A stretch of DNA of 63,119 bases, filler included, from Klebsormidium nitens (taxonomy: Eukaryota; Plantae; Klebsormidiophyceae): NCBI GenBank assembly GCA_000708835.1. It is 8 parts of 8 records of this genome, joined end to end, with 100 filler letters (N's around TTAATTAATTAA, not from the genome) between each part and the next. Parts side by side here need not be neighbours in the genome. Positions count along the whole stretch, not along the records: positions 48,484 to 55,347 come from DF237700.1; positions 55,448 to 58,208 come from DF238644.1; positions 58,309 to 63,119 come from DF238473.1; 5 more parts are not named here. The stretch is one strand, 5' to 3'. Numbering within the stretch: position 1 is the first letter of the stretch; each line of letters begins with the position of its first letter. The notes below the pieces were generated by a model. It worked only from the letters and a program-made list of their open reading frames with translations. It searched no databases and had not been told where the DNA came from. The position numbers were made by a program, and so were the translations under genes. Of this stretch, positions 52,401 to 63,119 are shown in pieces.

Positions 52401-54887
52401 GTAGGCGTAGTAGAGCCAGTACCTGAGGAGAGCACCGGCGAGGGCAGGTCAGCAAGCGAGAATTGTCTTTCAATCGTCAGCACGACGTTGATCATCAACA
52501 GGGCCTGCCAGAGATCTGGGAAGAGTGTAGTTGGACACTAAGAATCATCCAACAAACGAGGTCGTCTCCAAAAGCGCAGATGCCAATGGGCCTCATCACA
52601 CAAACGTGTTCGTATTCATTCATAGATTGTGCAGAGACGCACCAATGTGTCTTTTTTCCCTCCAACTTCGTCGAGGGCTCCGATTGAGAATGAAAAATTG
52701 CTGGCCTAACTTCCAGTAGCCATGTATAAATCCGCCCATGGAAGGGGAGGGAATCACTTTCGGAACGCGATTGAGCATGAAAAATTGCTGGCCTAACTTC
52801 CAGTAGCCATGTATAAATCCGCCCATGGAAGGGGAGGGAATCACCTTCGGAACGTTCCAATCTAATTCGACTCTCCATGCAGAAGGCCCAGTGTGTGAAT
52901 TTTACCCCCTCAACAGTGAGCTCGCGGCCGCACTCACTTGCCACTGAAGAAAGCCACTTCTGGCGCCCAGAAGCCGTCATTGGCGCCCGGGGTCAGCGCC
53001 CAGGGGATGTTCTTGGCAGAGTCAGGCCGCGCGGGCATGGCCCACCCCAGAAATTCCCTGCACAAACAGCGGGCGTGAGCTCTTTGAAACAATTGCTGCA
53101 CGGTTCCTGCTGTCGTCGAACTTTGACTTTATGGTCATGGAAAAAGATTCTTCCAGCTTCAAGTAACAGCCTTCTCCTCTGCGGTTCCTTGCAGTCGGCT
53201 TGTAGAGAAAATGCGGGGCTTGTTTCCAGGTGGAAGGAAGCAGCAGCGTCACGGGACGGGCTGGCTTCATTTGTAGCTATCGGAGCACGATGTGTGCCCG
53301 AGAAGCATGCATAAACAGCCTTGTTTTGTGTGTGGAACGCCGAAGAACACTTCCTGTGTGCACAGGGTGACCTCATCAGGGAACAGCAGCGTGCCAACGG
53401 GGAGCGCGGAAGGAAGAAATGAAACAATTGGCACTTTTCTTACTTCAGCGCCCACATTCCAGCGCTGGTGTCAGTAGAGGGCCTTACCAGGTGCCGCTGG
53501 CCAGCCGGGAGGTCTTCCAGTACGGGATCTGGGAGTCTCCGGGACCCTTCCCTGGCACCAAAGGGCACAAACAGAGTGTTAGGATAATCAAAAGGCTCGA
53601 GCAGCATGAGTGGTGATGATCGTCGTTTCCTTCATTCTTTTCAACAATGTCCTGGAAAGTATCTGCAGTAAGTCCCAGAGGAAGCTCGCACCAGTTTCAT
53701 TTATGAAAAGAGTGGCCCACCCACAGCACTGAACCTTGTCCTGGTGGTATCCGGCACTCAGAGGACACAAAGACAATGTTCGGTTCCCTTCACTTTAACA
53801 AGGGAAGCTTTCGTCTATGGATTTCTCGTAGGCAGTGTAATCCAAAACTTTATTCAATTTGGGCAGCCTCAAAGACACTGATGATGTGCTGGGGAGGTTA
53901 CATGCAAGGACGGAGTCTAGAGTTAAAATCGAAGTGGATCCAATTGTCAGAAGCACTATCCCCCTGAATCCTCTCAATTTAACCACCAGTCATCAGTTGG
54001 AGACTTCCTCCATCTGGCTTAATAAACATTGACTTTGAACACAACTTCTGACTTTCTTGCACAAGCAATCCAGGCAAGCCCACAATCGGTCGCCGAAGAT
54101 GAAGCTGGCAAGAAGTTGACATGTCCTTTCAGCAATAGAGAGACTCCGAGGCATTAAGTCCCATATCAATGCAAAAGAAGTGAATCCTCTACTACAGAAC
54201 TTTATTGTCCAGACCCTGTCAAACATAGGCAACAAAGTATGGCGCATGTGTCAGAAACAACGATGGGACGACTGGGGTTTGCCTATTGTGACCAGTCTGA
54301 TTCGCAATATGCAAAGCCCAAAACAGGATTAAGCCAACTCTCCCAAGCGACAATTCATGTTTGCTCAAGCTTCTCGCATACAATCACAAACGCCAGATGC
54401 AAGGCCAAGACCCCCATTTTCCCACAATCAGCATCAACATGCAACACCACTGTCAGACATTGTGTCAACAAGACCTGAAACACGAGCGCTGTCGTCCAAG
54501 CCTAGTAGTGACGACATTGATGGCTGACCATAACAACATAATCATAGTGTGGGCACACATTTGCAGCGATGCAAGCCCTCCACCCCCACCTGTGCCAAAC
54601 ATAAACAGCGTCCCATCCTGCGCCCTGATTACGTTGGGGTCGTGCACGTTCAGGGGCCCCTCCCCGTTGAGCCCTTGCTTGATGAGTTTCACCGAGGGGG
54701 GCGGGCGATCCAAGCTGGGGTTGAACGGCTCAGGGGGCATTACGGTCGGCATGGGGAGAGGGCCAGCATCGGGGTCGGGGTACGAGTGGGGCCGCGCATG
54801 CTGGGAGATGGCGTCGTTGACCTTGTTGTACCCCTTCTCGACGTGGCGAAATGCATCCTTGAACCCGGAGACAAGTTTCTTGTCCAT
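49409..54887 (-). CDS. Nine-exon GH43 endo-arabinanase-type glycoside hydrolase (450 aa). Exons 54887-54590, 53551-53488, 53057-52938, 52422-52396, 51935-51782, 51447-51397, 51073-50864, 50452-50348, 49732-49409
   Basis: All introns GT-AG and phase-consistent (1353 nt); motifs VHDP, FWAPEV, YWLYY, NAIDA, WMSWGSFWDGI, PIEG, AYDYCC, VGRS..PLGPYVD, GWDGDWP. Confidence 0.9.
52680..52853. repeat. Intronic tandem duplication, 2 x ~87 bp
   Basis: ATGAAAAATTGCTGGCC...TTCGGAACG at 52690 and 52777. Confidence 0.85.
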
Positions 54888-56367
54888 GATGGCGCGGGGA
54901 ACATACAATCAAAGCAATGAACGGGGTCCTGGCGGTGAAGGGACAGCCAATTGGGCAGAGACAACTCCTGCTAGGCGCAATTGCAGCTGTCCTCTGGCTT
55001 TCCCAAAGAATGTGTGCAGGAAGTGCTATAGCCAGCTCTGAGCTACCTACTGTACAGTGCATGATGTTGCATGCGTCAATTTTCAAGAAGTACTCGCTAT
55101 AACTTATAAGCCTCTGGCCTCAGCAAATTTGCATAGATGGATAGATGGATAGAATGCAGTGTGAATATGTCGGTCTCGTAAAATTTGTGCGGGTCGAAGT
55201 CTGGGGCCCATGCTAGGCCCAAGCCGATCCCAGCGTATTCCCACTACCAAGCTTGGGCCTTGTCGTAGAAGCTGACACCCAAAGCTGACGGGAGGCTAAA
55301 TAGCAATACTAAAATTGGAGTTGAAGGCAGGAAGTTTTGCAGAGTCTNNNNNNNNNNNNNNNNNNNNNNNNNNNNNNNNNNNNNNNNNNNNTTAATTAAT
55401 TAANNNNNNNNNNNNNNNNNNNNNNNNNNNNNNNNNNNNNNNNNNNNTCATAATAATGCTGTTTGGGCCCGATCGTCCGCATAGAAGGGCAAGGGCATTC
55501 TAGTCGGAACAGTTGCGAATCGTGTCTTCGTGCAACCCCCAAGAAATCTCATCCACGATGCTTGAGTATGCGCATCTGAAGTCACTTGCGTCTTTCTTCT
55601 TATCCAGTTTGTTCCATGTAAGCTTGAACGTAACCGGCAGGAGATGAAGGCTCCGGTACGATGAGATGCTTTCATTGAGGTCCAGATTCATTCTAGGGCT
55701 GGGCACCCCCTATGATGAGTACTAAGGAAAAAAAATTCAGCATCCGGACGCGTTGAAATCTTGATCTTGACAGAAATCGCCCTCCATGCAAACGCGTGCA
55801 AAGCAACGGCCGGTCCGATGGAACATGCAATAAAGAAGCACATCATTGACAAGTCCATTGACAGATCTCGTTCATTGGCCTCAAATGCAAGTTGCCTTCT
55901 TGCAAATAACCGGCAACTACAAGCTTTTCCATGGTGGAAGGTCGAAGCCTTTTGCCTTCGGAATATCGAATGTAAGCTTTGCGTATACATATCTCCACTT
56001 TAACTTTGCTATAGTGCCTACGAGACCAATCTCTATATTTGTCCAGATTCGAGTGCCGATAGCGTGCTTCATACAACCGCCGGTGATGGTTGGAAGCAGG
56101 TTCTCTCGTGTCTAAGATTGACTCAGCCATAGCAATGTGCTTTACTGTCTACCCTATGAAAAGAAGATACTTGAAGGTCTCCTGACGAATCACTAGATGC
56201 ACCATGACTTGAAAACAAGTGCCAAGGTGTCCGTGGTGCCAGTATATGAAAGTATATGAAAGAGGTGCCAGTATGTGTCCTAACTCCTTTTCCTTCACCC
56301 CCTCATGAACGATAGCTCCCCACACGCTCGCGGGAAGCTCAATAGCTATCAATCAACACATAGTCTA

Positions 56368-58174
56368 TCACCTGTACCAGAGAGCTGCGCGAATTGCCGG
56401 CAACCATAAATCAACTCTGCCAGCAATCCTAATCTTCTGGTCATCAACACGTGTCAATTCTGCGTTGCGCCCGCTCACTACGTTAGCTAGGATGATCATG
56501 AACGCCTGGAGACCACTAAACCAACCTAGCACCTTGAACCTGATCAAGAAGGAGTTGACGCTCACCACCGCTGAACTGTTAACCCAGCGCACAGCATCGT
56601 AGTAGTCAGGGTTATACTGAGGGCCGCACTTGTGAGCTTCCGCGCCAGTCTTCTGGAAGTGGAACCTGTACGCGCAATATTGGATAGCTTGGACAAGGGA
56701 CGGTTGCTGACGTCATCACAATCGGGCTCCCAGAAAGTCTGGCAAAAGCTTGGACAGCTTGAACAAGGGACGGTTGCTGACATCATCACAATCGGGCTCA
56801 CAGAAAGTCTGGCAAAAAGCTTGGACAGCTTGGACACGAACAGCAGCTGGCAGAATGACACCGAATCTACCTGGAAATGTTGATTATCTTGTCCTAAAAT
56901 TACGACCAGTTCGCAAAGCATGGACGTGTTTGCGGTGTATACGCTCACCGGTCAACGAGGGCTCGCATGTCTGCAAAAAAACCAGGCTCACGCCGCATAC
57001 TGTATGCGCGCAGCTTGCAAACGTTGTCGTAGAACAGAAAGGAAGGCAAATTGTGCCGATGGAGGCGAGTATACAACACGGCGAACGGATCACGAGGAGA
57101 CTCCCCCCGGAGCATGGCATGGAAGCCGTAGATCACCCTGTGCGGGCAACAGAACACGAAGCCCCCTTTTGTATGCCGTTGCAGCCGCTTGCCCGCCTTT
57201 TCACTCTTGGCAGCCGCAACCTTGGCGTCAAACTCCCCGACCGTGAGACCGCTCTTACAGCGATGCTCCTCGCTGCTTTCGACGGCCCGACCAAGCTCAT
57301 CCTCGAACGGCTTGTACTGAGGCAGAGGCCGCTTCTGCTCCCAACCGGGGAGGGGATAGCAGCCGAGCACGTTCTGCTCTCGGCAGTAAGGGTGGTCGTC
57401 GGGGAGCGCTTCGAGGAGCCGTCCGTCCCCGGAGAGCCCCAGCCGATCGTGCAGCAGCTCGCGCTCGGCTTGGTTAAGGGCATACTCGGGGGGGTTTGGT
57501 GGGCGCAGAGCCTCGACGCCGAGAAGCAGCCGATTCGCTCTCCCTCTCCAAAAGTTGTAGCTCTCCTCTCGCTCCTCGTTCCAAGACCCTGGGACGTCCC
57601 GTCGCAACTGCAGCAACCAAATGCAGGCATCCAACCCCTCGATAGCAGACAGCGCCCACCCGGCTCGACCAACCCCCAGCCCAAGTGCCCCGCGTCCAAA
57701 CAGCGTCAGCCGATACAAGCGATGGAGCGTGGAAAGGAAGAACGTCGAAAACACCCCGTCGTAGCTATCCAGCAACCTTCGAAGGATGGGCGCATGCTCA
57801 GCCAGCACGGCCTTTCCCCGCTCATCTGCTGAGCCTCCCAGGAGTATCGTCCTGACAACAGCCAATGCCGCTCCATGCTGGATCAGGATACTGTCGTCTG
57901 CGACGGACTGGGGGGTCCCCAGAGCGTAGAGCAGTTCTGCCCACCACTTTCGTGGCGAACGCACTCGACCGTGGTTGGCGCCCAGCGCAGCAGGGGTCTC
58001 CCCCCTGATCCCCTCCAATAGCAGCCGTGCAGCTCGGTTCTTCGATCGGATCTGCCCGATCTGCTACTGCAAAAGGCGCCTCCTCCAGTGAAGCAGGACG
58101 GGCTCGGCCTCCGCGTCGTCGGGGTCAGGGACAAACTCGGACACGAGCTCCACGTCAGCGCGATCCAGCGCAAC
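56368..58174 (-). pseudogene. Kyakuja-Dileera-Zisupton (KDZ)-type transposase with intron; 5' end lost in gap
   Basis: RHTKGGFVFCCPHRVIYGFH.ML.GESPRD, FYDNVCKL...RREP.FF, then (intron 56948-56666) DR|FH...HKCG..YNP, NSSAVVSVNS; premature TAG in LLQ*QIG. Confidence 0.82.
56681..56835. repeat. ~70-bp tandem repeat (about 2.2 copies) inside the KDZ intron
   Basis: TGGA(T/C)AGCTTG...CAGAAAGTCTGGCAAAAGCT at 56681, 56751 and partially at 56822. Confidence 0.85.
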
Positions 58175-59581
58175 CTAGGTAGAATTCAAAAAAGTCAGAT
58201 TCCCGGAGNNNNNNNNNNNNNNNNNNNNNNNNNNNNNNNNNNNNNNNNNNNNTTAATTAATTAANNNNNNNNNNNNNNNNNNNNNNNNNNNNNNNNNNNN
58301 NNNNNNNNTTTTGTCTCCCCGAACTCCAATCTCTTAGAGAGCTATCACTCAACAGGTATCTTCAGCTTGTATTCAACTCCTCGTATATCGTCTCTCCAGC
58401 CCGTATCTCTCTCACCCCGAGTCGATTCTGTTCAGCGCCGCTTCAGTCTACGTCCTGCGCTATTTGGTGCAACATGAAGAACTCGGGAAAGGCGAACAGG
58501 ACCAGACTTCATCGGCTTCTTCTGTCGTTTGTAGAATGGCTGTAGGTCAACACAATCAAAGAGCTGACATGAGTGCGTGTCAAGAGCGCTGTGTGCTGCA
58601 CGCTAAGGTGAGTCGTGTCAAAAATGCCAAGAGACATTTTCAATCTGGACGAATCACTCGATCACAGCGTATCCTTAAGTTGGTATCATCTGACTTTACC
58701 CTTTTCCAATTGCATTGGCTCCTCAAAAGGCACCACCTTGTTGTTTCCGGCAATGCAGATTATCTTAATAAGGCAATAATGCAATGGAGACCAAGCAACA
58801 AGGTACTGGGCCTGATGTGGCCACCCCGGGGGATGGGAGTAGAGGGATCCCTGTTTCAACTTGAAGTTGGCTGACATTGCTTTCAAAACATGCTTATCTC
58901 GGCCATTCTTGTGAAATGAAACGATTGTTTAGAAACACGTGTCTCTTTGGTGGTGGAAGGGGCTAATTGTGGTCAACTTGTGAATACTGATGCTTTGAGA
59001 GCCGCCATCATCAGACTTCAGGTATAGTCTCCTCAATTGAAACCCTACATATGCATCTTGTCTGTTGATTGGGATGATGCTCTAAGTTAAGCAGACAGTT
59101 GTACAGTTAGCAATGGTGTGGTATCTCTACGTTTCTGCCTCTAGCCATGGCATTCTAGCCCAAGCAACAAGAAAAACGACACTGGGCTTGATGTGACCAG
59201 TCCGCTGGGATGGAGTTTTGTCTCGCCAACGCTGCTTTTGAGCGCGATTCAAGATTGAAGCCATCAGACCAGGGTTGTACCTATTCGAATTTGCTCTGAA
59301 TCAGGGTTTTATGTCTTTGTCCATCGACGATGTTTAACTTGGCAATAATCTCAATACATCTTTTATTATGCAAGATGCCATCCAACGAGTACATGGTCAT
59401 AGAACATTGAAGTTGCTGATAAGATTGCTAAACGTACCCGTAAACAGAAGGCCTGCAAGACCAAAAACAACAACGGCACATCGATCTTCACAGCAGTCCT
59501 CTCTCTCTCTCCGCTTCCTTCAACTGATCGCTGATCCCTCTAAGCGGTGACACCATTTAGTGCCTAATTATCGATCACTTA

Positions 59582-62500
59582 TCAGCTCCACCGCCTGCTT
59601 ACATTGACCAGCAACCCGTGTTTTATGGGCATAGTAAGCGCTATCTCGTATTTGACATGGTGGCCGGGAACCACTTCGAAGCGGTAGTTGTAAATCAGCG
59701 CGGCTGCTGCAGCCTTCATCTCCAGGAAAGCCAGGTCCTTGCCGATGCACATGCGAGGTCCGCCCTGTAGAGAAGTCAAAATTGGTTCCGTGAACATACC
59801 TACGTATCCCACTTTGAGGAATCGTTTGCACTTCTCCACATCCTCACGAAGGCATTTGAGTTCATCTTTCTTCCCGGTGCACTAAGTCCCGCCGTGCAAA
59901 GAAGTCGGTCGTGCATTCAAAGCTCAAAGTTGACCGGATGTAGTCGAGGGCGTTTGCGCTATACTCGGGCGATAGCGTGATACAAACTGCCTGCTGCAAA
60001 CTCACTGCTTCCAAAGAGGGAGAGGAATAATCGTGTGTCAAAAGCGCGAAACACGAATCGAATCGACGTGCCAAATGGCTGGTCAAGCTGCCGTTCATGA
60101 CCACGAACGAGAAGCAAGGTTCGTAGAGACTTCATAAGGCGCAAGACTCCAGAGCAGCGTCCCATTTAAAACAGGTCAAATTATCCTGTACCTGGAAAGC
60201 GGTGAACTTGTACGAAGATTCCGCCTTGTAGTCTCCGTTCGGGGCGAGCCACCTTTCCGGACGGAACTCGAGGGCGTCCGGGCCCCATATGCTCTCCTGG
60301 CGGCCCATGGTGTAGGCGGTCCAGACTACGAGGGATCCCCTGGAGATCTGGGTCCCGTCCGGAAGGACGTCCGAATCTACGGCGGTCTTCCGGTCCTGGG
60401 GAACAGAAGGGTGTAGGCGGAGCGTCTCGGACAGCGCCGCCTACAGAAAGCGGAAAGTAAGGATTGGTGAAAGTTTCGCCTCCAAGGAGTAATATCTTCG
60501 AAGAAAGAAACGGTGCGGATGGACGAATGGAGGCGAAAGACTATTTTCCTGATGGCCGGCATTTCAAGTCGAGACGGTGCGCAGGACAAACTGTCCGCGG
60601 CTTGCAGTCGCCCTTCCAGAATGCCTCAGCATTCGATTCTATTAGCACTGATAGCAGCTCCTTCGTACCCGAATAGATAGAGGAAGGGTGCGGGCTGATA
60701 GAATACCAACATAGGGCTGCCACGGCTGAGGTAAGGTTCTTGCTTGAGAAGGCAACACATATATATGCAAAGAAAATTCGGCGCGCAGACTATGTGAACA
60801 AATTTTTGGAACTTCTGTGATCCTCATCTTGGAGTCTTTGCAGACCGCTCCATCAGCAAATGACCGAATACCTGGGGTGCATTCTTGGCACAGCGATCGA
60901 GTTCCTGGAAGCCGACCAGCGAAGCTATTCTGTCACTCATGTGATCGCACAATTCGTTTGACTTGAACAAAGTGATGTCTCCGGGGACCCTTCGACAAAA
61001 GGAATCTAGGCTGTACCTGTAGATAATTGAGCTTCCTGACTTTTCCGAAAGACAGCTGTTCTGCTAACCGCTCCCCCTCCCCCTGCCCCAGTTCCAGCAC
61101 CACCATCACTTCTTCTAATATCCTCTCCTCCACGTGGCAATTCCTTGTCAGCTCGTATATCATCCACGTGATCGCCCCTGCTGACGTGTCCCTGCCCGCA
61201 TTGATAAAGTTGATGACGACGTCGCGCAGGTAGGCGTCCGATAAAAGCGCACCATTGCCATCCCGCATTGTCATGAACCGCGAGAGCAGGTCTTGCGGCT
61301 CGAAGCTTGGAATTTGAGGGTGTAAGGCGTGGGTCTCGGGATTTGGGGTCCCGCATTGCTGTTCTTCAGAAAGCTCCTCGGCGACTCATCCTCCCCACGC
61401 GCACTCTCAAGTCTCGCAAGCTCGCCCCTCCTTGTCCGTATCACCAAGTCCGCAAAGCGATTGATCGTTTGCACAGCCTTGACCATCTTTCCCTCCCCTC
61501 CTATTCTTAACATTCTCTTCACCTTCCAGACCACCGGAGTCAAAAACCGCTCGGCCACGACCTGGTTCGCGAGGTTGAACGCTTTGGCAAAGTCGGACGC
61601 TTCAGTGTAGCCATCTGGGGAAGTGAGGGCGACCAAACGGACCCCGAAGCCGACGTGGCAGATGGACTCAAGCGTGAAGCTCATCAAAACGTCCTGCGCA
61701 ACTTCAGCAAGCTATCAGAGCCTTCCTTTACATCGTTTTTTGCTGTCAGTGCCTGTTCCACTTTAAGACTTGGCCCGAGTGAGAGGACCCTAGAAATTGT
61801 CATGCACAGCACCAGCACATGCAGCAATTTTTAATTCATCTCTGAATCCGACTGTGCATTTCTATGTTTCCAAATTTGGACTCATCGTGACAACTTCGAT
61901 TTTCAGATCGCAGCCTCTGAATCCAAGGGATTAGAAACCTCGGGAGGTGCTGCATCGTTGTCATGATACCACAACAAAGAGGGGCCCTGTTCCGACTTTC
62001 GACTCAACCACCAGTGTTGAATTCTCTCTCCTTGGCTACTGGACCGGCAGGAAGCCCCGACAAAGCCTTGGCATCCTGGTATGCCAAGAAGTGAAGATGC
62101 TGATATGCAAGTCCTGACTTTAGGGGACACGACGCTTCAGCGAACTTGCTGCATTAGCTCCGCCCCCTTGATTCACACAAGTAGATTTTCTGCAAGTGCG
62201 ACTCTTATTAAGTTACGCTTCATGCCTTCTATCTTTTTGCTCTCGAATCCATTGAAGGACCTAGGAGAAGCCATCGTCTGCTAGGCCATCTGGGCCAGGT
62301 CTAATGCAACCACAGCCTTGATGAACTCGCATATATTCAAGGCGTAGCGAAAGAAACAACACTCAGAAAACAGCTAGCAAGGTCTACTGAGTTTCCTAGC
62401 AGTCATTTGGTCTGGTCAGAGGAACAAAACAAAACTCGCCGGCCAAGATTCTGAAGGCAAAGATCAGGCACTTGAAACACCAACCTGGAGGTCCAGGACT

Positions 62501-63072
62501 GTTCCCTGCATGGCCGCATGATCCACCTGCCTGACCAGGGCCCCCACCTGCTCTTGGAAAACGGCAGTGGCATGCTCCCGCAGCTTCTTTACCGAGAACT
62601 CATGGACCGCAGTCTGCAGAACGGAACAACGATCAACGGCACCTCACTGACCACAGTCTGCACAGATTGGAACACGAGTATGTATAGTGGCAGCAGAGAC
62701 AGTCCCGTCGCAGCTGGATAACAACTATCAGAGCTTCACCAATTGCCAGAGCTTCACCAAGTACTCGTACACTACAGTCTGCGCAGAACCAATGAGGGCT
62801 CAAGGCTTCTCGACTTATGGCTCTCGGCTTCTTCCCTCAAGATCATGCAACCATCCTGTGTAAAATTGGAAGATTCAGTGGGGGGACCGAAAGTGCACAT
62901 CTGATCATAGTGGTATGGTCTGGCTCAAGTGTACTTCAATGGTCGAATGTGTGACCCGTGGTTCAAGCGTGGATCAGAACTGCACCTTCCTCTGCAGGGT
63001 CCAATTGTCTCCATCCGCATTGAAGATGCCGCTGCCAAGAAGCTCCATCAGGTTCTCCCTGTCCCTGTCACC
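59582..63072 (-). CDS. CYP86-clan cytochrome P450 (CYP704/86/94-like); 5' part beyond the window. Exons 63072-62986, 62613-62485, 61693-61017 (1-nt frameshift near 61390), 60440-60192, 59764-59582
   Basis: LLGSGIFNADG..W..QRK, HEFS, QDLLSRFM, NFINAGRDTS, ETLRLHPSVP, FRPERW, FQ|GGPRMCIG heme motif; GT-AG introns. Confidence 0.92.
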
Positions 63073-63119
63073 CTGTGTGGCAATGGTGAAAAGGTGACTT
63101 CAACTGTAGGCATTTTGCC

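Noticed and set aside
14675-58264. Palindromic TTAATTAATTAA seen seven times (14675, 17930, 22505, 25264, 48428, 55392, 58253)
   Set aside because: Always centred in ~100-N gaps; a six-frame stop linker added during scaffolding, not biological. Adjacency across these gaps is unproven
1-63119. CRISPR arrays, rRNA and tRNA genes
   Set aside because: No repeat-spacer array or recognisable structural RNA gene seen; repeats found are two-copy tandem duplications

Overview
Eukaryotic draft-assembly window with seven artificial N-gap/TTAATTAATTAA joins. GT-AG introns, a CYP86-clan P450 and a ZF-HD-type zinc finger point to a streptophyte host (a charophyte alga such as Klebsormidium is plausible but cannot be confirmed here). 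(1) 1-22.5 kb is nested transposons. A decayed Ty3/gypsy element has its gag split by an apparently intact 8.4-kb TIR DNA transposon (21-bp TIRs, 6-bp TSD) encoding a six-exon, 1365-aa P-superfamily-like transposase that begins with a plant ZF-HD-type zinc finger. A Helitron Rep/helicase relic and a second gypsy element follow. (2) 22.6-48.4 kb is a densely packed, intronless endogenous giant-virus (Nucleocytoviricota-like) segment: two VLTF2-like genes, SNF2 helicase, GT25, beta-helix fibre-like protein, ABC1 kinase, SWIB, SET, MYND, several nucleases, a C5 DNA methyltransferase with an inserted canonical methyl-CpG-binding domain, an active plus catalytically dead tyrosine-recombinase pair, and an IS607/Fanzor2 element with a candidate omegaRNA. 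(3) 48.5-63.1 kb holds host-type spliced genes: a 9-exon microbial-type GH43 arabinanase, a KDZ transposase relic and a CYP86-clan P450. Top novel candidates are the MBD-in-DNMT reader-writer, the ZF-HD-transposase and the active/dead recombinase pair. All family assignments come from motif recognition by eye; no database search was run.
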